From: an uncultured Micrococcales bacterium
GTDB taxonomy: Bacteria; Actinomycetota; Actinomycetes; Actinomycetales; Microbacteriaceae
NCBI GenBank assembly: GCA_913062975.1
Contig: CAJXZO010000005.1
Coordinates: forward strand, 4,473-68,472
DNA length: 64,000 bases
Direction: 5' to 3'
Part shown: positions 17,450 to 27,926 of the stretch, in pieces
Layout: each line of letters opens with the position of its first letter
Position numbering within the stretch: the stretch's first letter is position 1
Made by a program: the position numbers and the translations under genes
The notes under the pieces: model-generated
Told to the model about the DNA's origin: nothing
Databases searched by the model: none
What the model saw: only the letters and a program-made list of their open reading frames with translations

Positions 17450-19262
17450 CCGGCATTTCTTCTGGTGCAGGCTCAGGTTCTGGATCGAGACCAGGATCTA
17501 GTTCTGGTTCTGGCTCAGGCTCAGGTTCGGGCTGATTCACACACTCAACAAATAAGGTGATCTCTTGCAGTTGATCCTGCAATCCTGGAACTATGGACTG
17601 ACTGATAACAACCGTTCCTGGATCTCCCAAACAAATCTCTGCATCCAAAATCTCAACACTTACTTCATAGCTCACTTCTGGTGCTGTTAGTAATCTCCTG
17701 GCATCAACAACATCCAGGTTGGTGACATCGGGAACAAACACTTGCCCATTGGACAAAACAATGTCAACCGTGGTTTCTGTTGGAACCTCGACGTTGGCAA
17801 CCGGATCACTGGTTATGACCACACCTTCTGGAACAACTGCACTGTTCACCGAGGAAATTCTTCCCAGTTCCAAACCATTTGAATCAATCTGACCGATGGC
17901 ATCCTCTTCGGTGAGACCAGTTAGGTTTGGAACAGTTAGCAGGTCCGGACCAGAGGAAACATAGAGAGTAATCGGGGTGTTTTGAATCACCTCGGTGCCA
18001 GCCTCGGGTTCCATTCGAATTACAAAGTTTTGCTCAACATTTTCGCTTTTCTCATAAACCCTTAGGACCAATAATTCTTGAGCACTTAGCTGGTCATAGG
18101 CCTCGGTGTATTCCTCACCGGTTACATCGCTAACAATGATCCCGCCCGTTGGAGTGGGGGCATTGGGGTTTATGCCGAGCAGGTTTTGGGAAAACCAAAA
18201 ACCCAGTCCAAGCAAAATCACCACAACAGCAGTTCCAAATCCCCAGATAACCCCCGCATTGGCCCTATCCGCGGAGCTAATGACTTGCTCGGGAGCAGTT
18301 TTGAAAGATTCACTCAGTCCAGTTGGCAACCCGTCGGTGCCTGTTTCCATCACCTCGGTTTTAGCAAGATTGGCTGTTGGCGGCTTGCTTTCTAAAATCT
18401 CAGCCCTGGTGTTGCTCACCGCAGCAATTAGATCTTCACGGAACTCCTCGGCTGATTGGTATCTTTCTTCCCGCCCCTTTTCCATGGACTTCATCACCAC
18501 TGCGTCTAGCTCCTTGGAAACGGCGGGGTTGTGCTCGGATGGTGGGATAACAGCTTCACTCACGTGCTGATAGGCAACGCTGACAGCACTTTCGCCTTTG
18601 AAAGGGGGCCTTCCAGCCAACATCTCATAAAGCATGACTCCGGTTGAATACAAATCCGTTCTAGAATCAACCGCTTCTCCCCTTGCCTGCTCGGGAGAGA
18701 AATACTGAGCGGTTCCCAAAATGCCCATGGTCGCGGCCTTGGTTGCGGAGTTGTCGGTGACAGCTCTGGCAATACCGAAATCCATGACCTTCACCTGATC
18801 GTTGCCAACCACCATCACGTTGGCTGGTTTCATGTCTCGGTGGATGATTCCTGCTTTATGTGAGACTTCTAAAGCTGTAAGAATGCTTGATGAATAGTTA
18901 ACAGCTTGCTCAGTGGTGACCTCGCCATTGTGGATTAGGTCTCTAAGCAGTGTTCCATTCACAAACTCCATGACGATGAATGGCACCTTGCGCTCATTGC
19001 CAAACTCATCCTTGCTTACCTCTTCACCAGCGTCATAAACACGAACAATGGTTGGGTGCGCCATTCGAGCACTGGCCTGAGCCTCTTGCCTGAATTTTTC
19101 TTCAAAGCTCTCATCATTCGCCAGGTCTGATTTCAATAACTTGACCGCAACTGTTCTTCCAAGCCTTGTGTCGGTGCCCTCATAGACTTCGGCCATGCCC
19201 CCGCGACCAACCAGCTCACCCAGGCGGTAGCGACCCGCAATAAGGCGTGGATTCTCGGTCAA
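17442..19262 (-). CDS. pknB: Ser/Thr protein kinase PknB with extracellular PASTA repeats
   Basis: Kinase motifs GRGGMAEV, HRDMKPANV, DFG and GTAQYFSPE. One TM segment, 3-4 PASTA-like repeats and a PEPEPEPEPE tail. TTG start 8 nt after GAGGAG. Confidence 0.9.
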   Translation of the reverse strand: MTENPRLIAGRYRLGELVGRGGMAEVYEGTDTRLGRTVAVKLLKSDLANDESFEEKFRQEAQASARMAHPTIVRVYDAGEEVSKDEFGNERKVPFIVMEFVNGTLLRDLIHNGEVTTEQAVNYSSSILTALEVSHKAGIIHRDMKPANVMVVGNDQVKVMDFGIARAVTDNSATKAATMGILGTAQYFSPEQARGEAVDSRTDLYSTGVMLYEMLAGRPPFKGESAVSVAYQHVSEAVIPPSEHNPAVSKELDAVVMKSMEKGREERYQSAEEFREDLIAAVSNTRAEILESKPPTANLAKTEVMETGTDGLPTGLSESFKTAPEQVISSADRANAGVIWGFGTAVVVILLGLGFWFSQNLLGINPNAPTPTGGIIVSDVTGEEYTEAYDQLSAQELLVLRVYEKSENVEQNFVIRMEPEAGTEVIQNTPITLYVSSGPDLLTVPNLTGLTEEDAIGQIDSNGLELGRISSVNSAVVPEGVVITSDPVANVEVPTETTVDIVLSNGQVFVPDVTNLDVVDARRLLTAPEVSYEVSVEILDAEICLGDPGTVVISQSIVPGLQDQLQEITLFVECVNQPEPEPEPEPELDPGLDPEPEPAPEEMPAS

Positions 19263-19294
19263 TTCAGTGTCTCCTCGTACTCAAATCTTAGTTT

Positions 19295-20758
19295 TCAGTT
19301 AGTGGTTTCATCCGCGGCTGGCGCATCGTTAATATCTTCGTTACTAACATCGTCTGGTCTTGGCTCACCCTCTGTTGGCTCATCAGGATTTTCCTCATCT
19401 GGAATGGGCTCAACGGGCTCCTGGATTTCATTGGTTTCATCTGAATAATCCCCCACGTAATAACTAACCGTTATTTCTTCACCAACTGGAATGTTTCCCA
19501 GGGGTGTTGCGGAATAAACAGTTCTCACTCTTGAATCCTGTCCATCCAAAACTTGTCCCGCAACCGCATTCACACTAAAGCCAAGATTATTCAGATAACT
19601 GGTCACCTCGGCGATGCTTCTGCCTTCGACATCCTCATAGCGAATCACCACAGATTCTGAAGCGTTGTCCTCAGGCTCTGATTCAGTCTCTGGTTGGGGG
19701 TCAACCTGCTCAGCTGGCTCAGGCTCTGGTTCGGGCTGAACTATTTCACCCGGAGTTGAAAAAATTGCAGCCAAAACCACTCCGACGCTGACCACCATCA
19801 AACCAATGAATGCAAGCCATGGCCAAATAACTGGAGCTTTCGGAATCGGAGCGGTGTCAGCCAATTGCATGGCAATGGTCTTCTCTTCAATCTCCTCAAG
19901 CTGATCCGTGTTGGCATCAGAGCCAGATTCCGCACGCCTTTTCTCTCTAAGCAGACCCTCAGACCTGATTGCCAATGAATTAGCACTCTCTGGTCGCTGG
20001 TTGGGTTTTTTGGCTAAACAGTTCATCACCAGTGATTGAACTCGGGGGTCAACGTTTTCTGGCAAAGCGGGAGGAGTTTCATTGATCTGGGCCATGGCAA
20101 TTGCCATTTGGGTTTCACCCGTGAAAGGTCTCTTCCCAGTCAGAGCCTCATAGGCAACTATGCCCAGTGAATACAAATCAGTTGCATAGGTGGAGGTCTT
20201 CCCAGTTGCCTGCTCTGGTGCCAGATACTGAACCGTTCCCATCACCTGACCGGTTTTGGTCAGTGGCACCTGATCGCCAACTCGAGCAATACCAAAATCA
20301 GTGATCTTCACTTGACCCTCTGGAGTAATTAGCAGATTCCCAGGCTTTATGTCCCTATGAACCAAACCCCTTTGATGGGCAGCCGCCAGGGCTCTGGAAG
20401 TCTGCGCCATTATGTCTAGAACCTTTTCTTGATCTAGCTTTTTCTCGCGCTCTAGGATTCTGGACAGCGCTTGCCCTGGAACCAACTCCATCACCAGATA
20501 GGCACTGCCGGTGTCCTCACCGTAGTCATAAACATTTGCGATGCCCTCATGCTCAACCAGCGCCGCACTTTTAGCCTCTGATCTGAACCTTGCAATAAAC
20601 CCAGGGTCACCAAGATATTCCTCTTTTAGAATCTTGATGGCGACCTTTCGCACGATGCGTTCATCCTGAGCCTGCCAAACCTCACCCATGCCACCAATGG
20701 CGATTCGGGTTTCTAGTCGATACCGCCCTCCATAGAGCTGTCCCATCTCAGGCTTCAT
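19295..20758 (-). CDS. pknA: Ser/Thr protein kinase PknA-like with one extracellular PASTA-like domain
   Basis: Kinase motifs [20 protein letters not shown] and [11 protein letters not shown] segment at about aa 310-333. ATGA overlap with the pbpA stop. Confidence 0.9.
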   Translation of the reverse strand: MKPEMGQLYGGRYRLETRIAIGGMGEVWQAQDERIVRKVAIKILKEEYLGDPGFIARFRSEAKSAALVEHEGIANVYDYGEDTGSAYLVMELVPGQALSRILEREKKLDQEKVLDIMAQTSRALAAAHQRGLVHRDIKPGNLLITPEGQVKITDFGIARVGDQVPLTKTGQVMGTVQYLAPEQATGKTSTYATDLYSLGIVAYEALTGKRPFTGETQMAIAMAQINETPPALPENVDPRVQSLVMNCLAKKPNQRPESANSLAIRSEGLLREKRRAESGSDANTDQLEEIEEKTIAMQLADTAPIPKAPVIWPWLAFIGLMVVSVGVVLAAIFSTPGEIVQPEPEPEPAEQVDPQPETESEPEDNASESVVIRYEDVEGRSIAEVTSYLNNLGFSVNAVAGQVLDGQDSRVRTVYSATPLGNIPVGEEITVSYYVGDYSDETNEIQEPVEPIPDEENPDEPTEGEPRPDDVSNEDINDAPAADETTN

Positions 20759-22191
20759 CGAACACTCTCCAGAAGCCTCTTGCCGATTGGGGCTGCAACC
20801 GTGTTTCCAGTTCTAGCCTGACTGTCTCCCTCAACCACCACCGTCACTACAAGATCTGGGTTTTCGGCGGGAGCGAAACCCGTGAACCAATAGGTGAAGG
20901 GATCACCGAATCCGTTTTCTGCAGTGCCGGTCTTTCCTGCCACCGCCATGCCGGGAATCTTCGCATTTCCACTCGATCCAATCTCAACTGATTCAAACAT
21001 CATCTGAGTGAGGATGCCTGCGGTTGACTGCGATATCGGTGAGCCAAAAACCTGCGGGCTTGGTTCTGAAAGAAGCTCAAGGTTGTTTGAAACAACCCGA
21101 TCAATTAGTTGCGGAGTGTAGATAACACCCTGATTGGCAATCGCTGAGGTTATCATCGCCACCTGCATCGGTGTCATTCGAACATTGAATTGACCGAATG
21201 AACTCAGAGCAACTTGAGCCTCTGTCATGTCCTGAGGGAAGGTGCTTGGCGAAACGCTCATTGGAATCTCAACACTTCTGCCAATTCCAAAAAGTTCTGA
21301 TTGAACCCTGAGCTCGTTTTCACCCAGCTGCATACCCAATTCCGCAAATGGAATATTGCAGCTTTTCACAAACGCAGTTCTTAGTGTGACGGTCTCACCA
21401 TCACCGCAGGTTGTGTCAGAAGCATTAGAAATGGAACTAATGCTTCCCGGCAGTCTCAGCGAATCAGAATCTTCAAACTCTGATTCTGGGGTGAAATTAC
21501 CACTTTCCAACGCAGCTGCCGCCACCACCATTTTGAAAACGCTTCCCGGGTGATATTGATCGCCAGTGATGGCTCGGTTGATTAGCGGGGCTGCTTCATC
21601 GGTGAGTAGTTCCTCATAGGCAGAGGAACTTGAAGAGAAGCTGTGACTGGCCAGCAGGTTGGCATCAAACCCTGGTTTGGAAACGAGTGCCTTAATATCT
21701 CCGGTGCGCGGATCTATCGCAATTACCGCTCCACGAGATGATCCGAGTGCATCCCAGGCTGCGCGTTGCAGGCCATCATCGATGGTGAGCTCGACATTGG
21801 CCCCACTAATCGGTGTTCCACTCAACACCGCATTTATTTGATCAAAAAACTGTGCTGAGGATTGACCAGAAAGGAAGTTGCTCATTTCACGCTCGATCGC
21901 AGTGCTTCCTTGGAACAAACTGAAATAACCAGTTAGGTGGCTATAGATCTCCGACTCATACTCCCGCTGATAGCGGAAGTTGTCATCCACCTCATAGCTT
22001 GATGCAACAGGTGTTGATTCAACCAGGATCGAACCCCTAAGGGTCTTATAGCTGTCATAGCTGGCTCTGACATTTCGACCATCACCAACTAGAGCATCAG
22101 CTTGGAAAACCTGAATGTTGGTGGCAAAGGCAAATAAAGCGATGAACATTAATAGGATGAAGCTTGTGAGCCTCCTGATTGACTTACTCAT
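20755..22191 (-). CDS. pbpA: Penicillin-binding protein A (class B transpeptidase)
   Basis: SxxK (SVFK), SxN (SCN) and KTGT motifs, with an N-terminal TM anchor. Confidence 0.9.
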   Translation of the reverse strand: MSKSIRRLTSFILLMFIALFAFATNIQVFQADALVGDGRNVRASYDSYKTLRGSILVESTPVASSYEVDDNFRYQREYESEIYSHLTGYFSLFQGSTAIEREMSNFLSGQSSAQFFDQINAVLSGTPISGANVELTIDDGLQRAAWDALGSSRGAVIAIDPRTGDIKALVSKPGFDANLLASHSFSSSSSAYEELLTDEAAPLINRAITGDQYHPGSVFKMVVAAAALESGNFTPESEFEDSDSLRLPGSISSISNASDTTCGDGETVTLRTAFVKSCNIPFAELGMQLGENELRVQSELFGIGRSVEIPMSVSPSTFPQDMTEAQVALSSFGQFNVRMTPMQVAMITSAIANQGVIYTPQLIDRVVSNNLELLSEPSPQVFGSPISQSTAGILTQMMFESVEIGSSGNAKIPGMAVAGKTGTAENGFGDPFTYWFTGFAPAENPDLVVTVVVEGDSQARTGNTVAAPIGKRLLESVR

Positions 22192-23552
22192 TGAATCACC
22201 TGCTTGTTTGCAGAATCACTGATTCTTAGCAGAAGAGCTATCACTAACCAGTTTGCAAGAAGCGAACTACCCCCCGCTGCCAAAAACGGAGTTGTCAATC
22301 CAGTTAGCGGAACTAGGCGCAAAACCCCTCCAACAACAATGAATACCTGGAGAGCAATCACAAAGCTAAGCCCGGCTGCCAGCAACCTGGAGAAGTCATC
22401 TCTGTGAGATATCGCAATTCTTAGACCCCTATAGGTAATAAGCAGATAGATGGATAGCACCGCGAAGACCCCAACCAGACCAAGCTCTTCAGCAACTGCT
22501 GCAAAGATAAAATCATTGGCAGCAAGTGGAACTAATTGCGGATAACCACCACCCAAGCCGGCTCCGAGGATCCCGCCATGAGCCATTCCAAATAAACCTT
22601 GCACTAATTGGTAGCTTCCACCAACGCCCGTGTAGTTTTCTTGAACAAATGGGTTAAGCCATGAATCAAACCTGTTGCCGACATAACTCAATAACTGCGA
22701 GGCCACTAAACCGCCAGTGATAATCATGCCTATTCCAATTGCAGCATAGAAACCCCGACCCGTAGCCACATAGAGCAAAGCTAGGAATATACCGAAATAC
22801 AAAAGCGAGGTTCCAAGGTCACGCTGCAAAACCAGTACCCCGAGAGAGGCAACCCAAACCAAAAGCAAGGGGCCCAAATCCCGGGCTCTAGGAATTCTCA
22901 CACCCCAGATTTTCTTTCCAATGAGACTCAAGCTGTCACGATGCTTGGTTAGGTAGCCGGCAAAGAAAATAACTAAGAGCAGCTTGGCAATCTCACCAGG
23001 CTGGAAGGTTAGCTCGCCAAGCCTTATCCAAAGCCTTGCCCCGTTGATCTCGGCTCCAATCACTGGAAGCATTGGGAGCAGCAAAGTGAGGATGCCAGCT
23101 GCCATTGCTATGTAGGTGAAGCGCTTGAGGGTCATGTGGTTTTTCAACACCCAGAGCACCAAAGCAGCAACGGCCATGGCAAACAAGGTCAACCAAACTT
23201 GTCTCATGCCAAGCAATTGCTCGTTGCCTCGTGCAGCCTCAGCGAGGTCCAGTCGATAAATCATGCTGATGCCAAGACCGTTTAGCAGGGTTGCAAGGGG
23301 CAGAAGCAAACTGTCAGCTGCCTTGGCCTTGAACCTGAGTACCATGTGGAAGACAAAAGAAGCCAAAAATAAGGGAGTCCAATAAAGCAGTATTTGCTCA
23401 TCCAAGTTATCTGTGGCTGAGAGTTGAATCTGGGCGAGTTGGAATGCATGCATTCCGGCCACCCAAAAAAGTAACACAGCCTCCATGGATCTAGACCTTG
23501 GAACCGAATTGATCAGCCTTGGAAGTGCCTGGGTCAAACTCATATTACTCAT
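22188..23552 (-). CDS. rodA: FtsW/RodA/SpoVE family peptidoglycan glycosyltransferase
   Basis: 454 aa polytopic SEDS protein in the conserved position between pbpA and pstP. Confidence 0.9.
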   Translation of the reverse strand: MSNMSLTQALPRLINSVPRSRSMEAVLLFWVAGMHAFQLAQIQLSATDNLDEQILLYWTPLFLASFVFHMVLRFKAKAADSLLLPLATLLNGLGISMIYRLDLAEAARGNEQLLGMRQVWLTLFAMAVAALVLWVLKNHMTLKRFTYIAMAAGILTLLLPMLPVIGAEINGARLWIRLGELTFQPGEIAKLLLVIFFAGYLTKHRDSLSLIGKKIWGVRIPRARDLGPLLLVWVASLGVLVLQRDLGTSLLYFGIFLALLYVATGRGFYAAIGIGMIITGGLVASQLLSYVGNRFDSWLNPFVQENYTGVGGSYQLVQGLFGMAHGGILGAGLGGGYPQLVPLAANDFIFAAVAEELGLVGVFAVLSIYLLITYRGLRIAISHRDDFSRLLAAGLSFVIALQVFIVVGGVLRLVPLTGLTTPFLAAGGSSLLANWLVIALLLRISDSANKQVIQ

Positions 23553-24801
23553 CAGGAATGCTTTCCCTAAGCTCGCTGATAATTCTTTGAGCGTCTTCGA
23601 GTGACTCAGCGGTGATTGATCTTTCGATCAGGGTCTGCTGGAAAGCCGGTAGCTCCTCAACAATGATTCCGGTTGACTCGAATTCGGAAGAGAAACTCAA
23701 TGGGCCAAGGGCCTCGCGGATTCCCTTGAAGATGACTACCTCGCCATCACTTTCTGCAACGTAATAACGAGTCTGGGTGTAGTTGTACGCACCGAAGCCC
23801 ACAGCAATTGCGATAGCGAAGATGAGAATCCAGCTTGCAATGATTCGAGCAGTCCGCCAGCGAATTTTTCGCTGGGTTGTTTTCAAAATCTTCTCTAGTA
23901 GCTCCTCGGATTCTGGAGCATACTCAGTTGGGTCTTCGGAAGGGGTTAGCAAATCGACTAGGTTTCTGGGGTTCAGCAATCTCAAGATCCTGGAACCAGA
24001 TTGATCTTCGATGACTATTTCATTTGCGGAAGATCCAACGAACCTAGGTGATGGCTCAAACTCTGTCTTCTCCTTCTCATCAACAATGTCCGTTATTACA
24101 ACGGTGACATTGTCGGGGGCGTCGAACAATAGTGCTTGTTCAACCAGCAATCTTGTTGTTTCCTCAGCAGAGGTGTCAGAGGCAACAATGGTGTCAACCA
24201 GCTCATCTGGGACAACACCGCTTAGACCATCTGAGCAAATCAGCCAACGATCTCCAGGTCTTGTCTCCACCTTCAACATGTCCAGCTCTGGGTCTGTATG
24301 AACATCTCCCAGAACTCTCATCAGAACTGATCGTCTTGGGTGAGTGAGGGCCTCTTCGGGAGTAATACGACCTGTGTCCAAAAGTTTCTGAACAAAGGTG
24401 TGGTCACTGGTGATTTGCGTGACCGACCCGTCCCTGCAGAGATAAACCCTACTGTCACCTATGTGAGAGATGATTGCGTAATTGTCATGAATCAATAACC
24501 CTGAAAAGGTTGTCCCCATGCCACTTAGCTCTGGATGCTCGGCAACTGTGTTGTTCAGCATCTGATTTGCTTCTATCACCGAGTCATATAGCTCCTGCAG
24601 AGCCTCCTCTGAGGATTCATAGCTGTTGTCAGTCAGGGCAATTCGTTGAGAGGAGATGGCCGATGCCAAGTCACCACCTGCGTGACCACCCATTCCGTCT
24701 GCAACAAAAAATAAACGGTAGCCGGCGTAACCGCTGTCTTGATTGCTGGAGCGGTGTTTACCGATGTCACTTGCTGCAGCTGAGATTTGTTTGATGCCCA
24801 T
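23545..24801 (-). CDS. pstP: PP2C-family Ser/Thr phosphatase
   Basis: ADGMGGHAGG and other PP2C motifs, one TM segment and an extracellular tail. Confidence 0.9.
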   Translation of the reverse strand: MGIKQISAAASDIGKHRSSNQDSGYAGYRLFFVADGMGGHAGGDLASAISSQRIALTDNSYESSEEALQELYDSVIEANQMLNNTVAEHPELSGMGTTFSGLLIHDNYAIISHIGDSRVYLCRDGSVTQITSDHTFVQKLLDTGRITPEEALTHPRRSVLMRVLGDVHTDPELDMLKVETRPGDRWLICSDGLSGVVPDELVDTIVASDTSAEETTRLLVEQALLFDAPDNVTVVITDIVDEKEKTEFEPSPRFVGSSANEIVIEDQSGSRILRLLNPRNLVDLLTPSEDPTEYAPESEELLEKILKTTQRKIRWRTARIIASWILIFAIAIAVGFGAYNYTQTRYYVAESDGEVVIFKGIREALGPLSFSSEFESTGIIVEELPAFQQTLIERSITAESLEDAQRIISELRESIPDE

Positions 24802-25301
24802 TACGGCCTCAATTCAAACGTTGTCTTACCCACCCGCACCGGGATGTTCATTCTCAACACCTCTGGGGTTTGAATCCGAACTCCATCAACATAGGTTCCG
24901 TTGGTTGAGCCCAAATCCTGAACCACCCAGTCACCACCGATGTGGACAACCTTGGCATGCTGGGAGGATGCAAATTCATCAGTGACCACTAGCTCACAAC
25001 TAGGCGCTCGACCAACGAATAGTTCTCGTTTGTCGAGTGGAATTTTGGAACCGGCACCAACACCGGTAATCACATACAAATGTGATGGACCACCGGATTC
25101 CATTTCTCGTTCACTAGCGAGATCTGGGTTCCCTGGTCCCTCCACTTTGTTGGCAACCCGTGAACCACTTTGTTCGGCAACGGTTCTCACGACTCGACGA
25201 CCATAAATGTCAGCCCTGATAACGCTTAGCAGGCTAAAGATGAAAATCCATAACACCGCAACAAATCCAATGCGAACCAGAAGCAAAGCTAGTTCACTCA
25301 A
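24801..25301 (-). CDS. fhaB: FHA domain-containing membrane protein FhaB/FipA
   Basis: N-terminal TM segment and a C-terminal FHA domain (GRAPSCELVV...SQHAKV...DLGSTNGTYVDG). TTG start overlaps the fhaA stop (TTGA). Confidence 0.85.
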   Translation of the reverse strand: MSELALLLVRIGFVAVLWIFIFSLLSVIRADIYGRRVVRTVAEQSGSRVANKVEGPGNPDLASEREMESGGPSHLYVITGVGAGSKIPLDKRELFVGRAPSCELVVTDEFASSQHAKVVHIGGDWVVQDLGSTNGTYVDGVRIQTPEVLRMNIPVRVGKTTFELRP

Positions 25302-25972
25302 GCGTCCTCCTTCAGTTGCGGCAGATAATAAAACTTGATTTCGGTGTTTCCGCAGGTAATCGTATCGCCATTCACCAGTGGGGCTTCTGTGAATTTCTGG
25401 TCATTTATCGCGCTTCCATTGGTTGAGCCGAGGTCTCTAACGCCAGCTTTCTCACCATTGAACAGCAGCTCAAGGTGAACTCTGGAGAGTGCACGGTCAT
25501 TGATCTTGATCTCAGACTCACCACCACGACCAACTCGAGTTCTGCCCTTGGTCAGAGCAAGCTTTTGATCTGCTAGTTCTATAAACGGTTGCCAATAGAC
25601 ATCTTGTTCTGTCTGCATCACCTTGATGTCTAGTTCACCAAGTGAAAGCTCATCTGATTTTCCAAGCACAAACCGAAGATCATCAATGGTTGAGTAGTGC
25701 TTTTCAGCTATGTGGTTTTGGACTAATTCAGTTAGTTCTCGATCAAAGCCCAATTGGTTTTCGCTGAGTTTTTCAAAATCAGCTTCAGAGACCAGGATTT
25801 TGTAACGATGGTCAACAAGTTTCTGCTCTTTTTCAAGTGAAACCTGACTGTCCATGTAGTTTTTGATTTGAGCTGCAATTTCAATGATCTCAACAGGAGA
25901 TTTGAAGGTTGCGCTAAAGGGCTTGCGAACAACTTTCTCGATGCCTTTTTCGAGCTTGTCCAGCAGACCCAT
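25298..25972 (-). CDS. fhaA: FhaA (DUF3662 N-domain plus C-terminal FHA domain)
   Basis: ORF 25298..25984. MGLLDKLEKGIEKVV is the DUF3662 start, and the FHA domain is GRGGESEIKINDRALSRVHLEL...DLGSTNGSAIND. The ATG at 25972 follows GGGAGAAG. Confidence 0.85.
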   Translation of the reverse strand: MGLLDKLEKGIEKVVRKPFSATFKSPVEIIEIAAQIKNYMDSQVSLEKEQKLVDHRYKILVSEADFEKLSENQLGFDRELTELVQNHIAEKHYSTIDDLRFVLGKSDELSLGELDIKVMQTEQDVYWQPFIELADQKLALTKGRTRVGRGGESEIKINDRALSRVHLELLFNGEKAGVRDLGSTNGSAINDQKFTEAPLVNGDTITCGNTEIKFYYLPQLKEDA

Positions 25973-26061
25973 TACTTCTCCCAAGTTGTGAGTTACCAGT
26001 CTATTGCTGTTATTCCTTAGCCATCGATGACTAAAACTGGTAATCTCTGTTCGTTCATCAC

Positions 26062-26144
26062 GCGCGAGTGGCGAAATGGTAGACGCGCTGGCTTCAGGTG
26101 CCAGTGTCCTTCGGGACGTGCGGGTTCAAGTCCCGCCTCGCGCA
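26062..26144 (+). tRNA. tRNA-Leu (anticodon CAG)
   Basis: Acceptor stem GCGCGAG/CTCGCGC, anticodon arm CTGGC-TTCAGGT-GCCAG, and a long variable arm. It sits in the conserved leuT position next to fhaA. Confidence 0.9.
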
Positions 26145-26160
26145 CAAACTAACAACAGCC

Positions 26161-26183
26161 AAAAAGATTCAAGCACGTGAATC
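26161..26183 (-). terminator. Weak rho-independent terminator after the DUF885 gene
   Basis: On the minus strand: GATTCA-cgtgct-TGAATC followed by TTTTT, starting at the stop codon. The stem is only 6 bp and AT-rich. Confidence 0.3.
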
Positions 26184-27826
26184 TACTTAAAAGCGAAGAG
26201 CAGGGTATCCAGTCCAACTCCCCCCAATTTCAGAGCATCTGAGTGGAATTTCTTCAGGTCAAACTTTGACCCTAGCCTTGCCTGTTGATCGCTCCTTAGC
26301 TGATTCCATACCCTCTGTCCAATTTTGTAACTTGGTGCCTGACCGGGCCAGCCAAAATATCTATTGATTTCAAACTCCAACGACTTGTCATTCATGGACA
26401 CATTTCGCCTCATGAAACTCTTTGCGTATTCGTAATCCCAGGTTTGCCCACCTTCGGGAATCTCTTTTTCAAGATGAACCCCAATGTCCAAAACCACTCT
26501 GGCAGCCCTCATTCTCTGGGCATCGAGCATTCCCATTCGGTCTGCAGGATCATCCAAAAAACCAAACTCTTGCATTAGCTGCTCTGCATAGAGAGCCCAG
26601 CCCTCACCGTGGCCACTGGTCCAGCTGACATTCCTTCGCCAGCCATTGAGGTCTTTGTTGTAAACCTGCCACCCCAGCTGAAGGTGATGTCCCGGCACAC
26701 CCTCGTGATAGACAGTTGTTTTCTCGCGCCAGGTCGAGAAATTATTTACTCCAGTCGGAATTGACCACCACATTCTTCCTGGCCTGGAGAAATCCTCAGC
26801 AGGTTGGGTGTAGTGAATTCCCCCTTGATTGGTCGGCGAGATCATGCACTCCAACGCCATCAATGGTGCGGGTATTTCAAAAAACACACCATCGAGTTGC
26901 TTCACAGCCAAATCAGAAGTCCCCTGCATCCAAGCCCTTAAGTTTTCAGAACCCTCAATTTGGTAGGCGGGGTCTCTATCCAAAATTTCAAAGGCCTCTT
27001 CAATCATTACTCCTGGTTTGATTTGATTGGCAACCGCCAGTTGCTCAGCTTCGATTTCTGCCAACTGCTCTAAGCCCCAGACATATGTCTCGTCCAGGTC
27101 AATCTTTTGACCCAAAAACCTATTGCTAAGAAGTGAATACAGGTCTCGTCCAACCGCTTCATTATCAGTAGCGGACGGTAGAAGATCGTGCTGCAGAAAC
27201 CCTTGAAACTCCTGCAAGGAGGCTGAAGCTTTCTCAAAGGAATTGTGAAGCCTAGAATCCAATTGGGTGAATTCAGCAGAACCAGCCAAGACCATTTGCT
27301 GAAGAGGCCCTTTAGGAGAAACCAGCTCCCTAATTTGTTGAATGACCTCAACCACTTGTCTTTTCGCGGGGGTTTGGTTTGTATTCACCCCAACTTCCAA
27401 TGTTTGCTGGTAGCCCGCAATTGCTCTAGGGATATCGGCTATTCGACTAGAGACGTTTTCCCAATTGTCGAGCGTGTTCATCGGCATCAGGTCAAATACA
27501 TCTCGGATACCTTGAACTGCAGAGGCAATGTTGTTTAGGTCTCTATAAACCCAACCCGAATCAACGATTTCTAGTTTGGAATCAAAATCAGCCAACATCG
27601 CATGCTTTGTAATTTCATCTGTGAAATCTTCAGGCTGAATTGCTGAGAGTTCAGATTTAGCAAGGGCAATTTTGCGCCTGTTGTCATCAATCCGCTCTGG
27701 TGAAAAATCATCGAGTTGATGCTGGTTTAGATCAACACCAATCTCGGTTGCAAGCATCGGTGAATCTTTCAAAAGTTGGTTAAGCCAAGACTCCGCAAAG
27801 CCATCGATTGGAGTCTGATCTCTCAT
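26183..27826 (-). CDS. DUF885 family protein (putative metallopeptidase-like)
   Basis: 547 aa. YHEGVPGHHLQ motif and overall DUF885 pattern. No signal peptide seen. Confidence 0.7.
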   Translation of the reverse strand: MRDQTPIDGFAESWLNQLLKDSPMLATEIGVDLNQHQLDDFSPERIDDNRRKIALAKSELSAIQPEDFTDEITKHAMLADFDSKLEIVDSGWVYRDLNNIASAVQGIRDVFDLMPMNTLDNWENVSSRIADIPRAIAGYQQTLEVGVNTNQTPAKRQVVEVIQQIRELVSPKGPLQQMVLAGSAEFTQLDSRLHNSFEKASASLQEFQGFLQHDLLPSATDNEAVGRDLYSLLSNRFLGQKIDLDETYVWGLEQLAEIEAEQLAVANQIKPGVMIEEAFEILDRDPAYQIEGSENLRAWMQGTSDLAVKQLDGVFFEIPAPLMALECMISPTNQGGIHYTQPAEDFSRPGRMWWSIPTGVNNFSTWREKTTVYHEGVPGHHLQLGWQVYNKDLNGWRRNVSWTSGHGEGWALYAEQLMQEFGFLDDPADRMGMLDAQRMRAARVVLDIGVHLEKEIPEGGQTWDYEYAKSFMRRNVSMNDKSLEFEINRYFGWPGQAPSYKIGQRVWNQLRSDQQARLGSKFDLKKFHSDALKLGGVGLDTLLFAFK

Positions 27827-27926
27827 TTTTCACCTCTAAAGCCCAGCTTAATATTTACGCTCAAGCTAGCTTCAATCTTCAAGATAATGACGCTAACACA
27901 CGATTTACTACTTGTATGCTGAAGCA

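Noticed and set aside
18106-18570. 154-aa plus-strand ORF
   Set aside because: It is antisense to the pknB juxtamembrane region and has low-complexity S/T/P content, so it is a shadow ORF.
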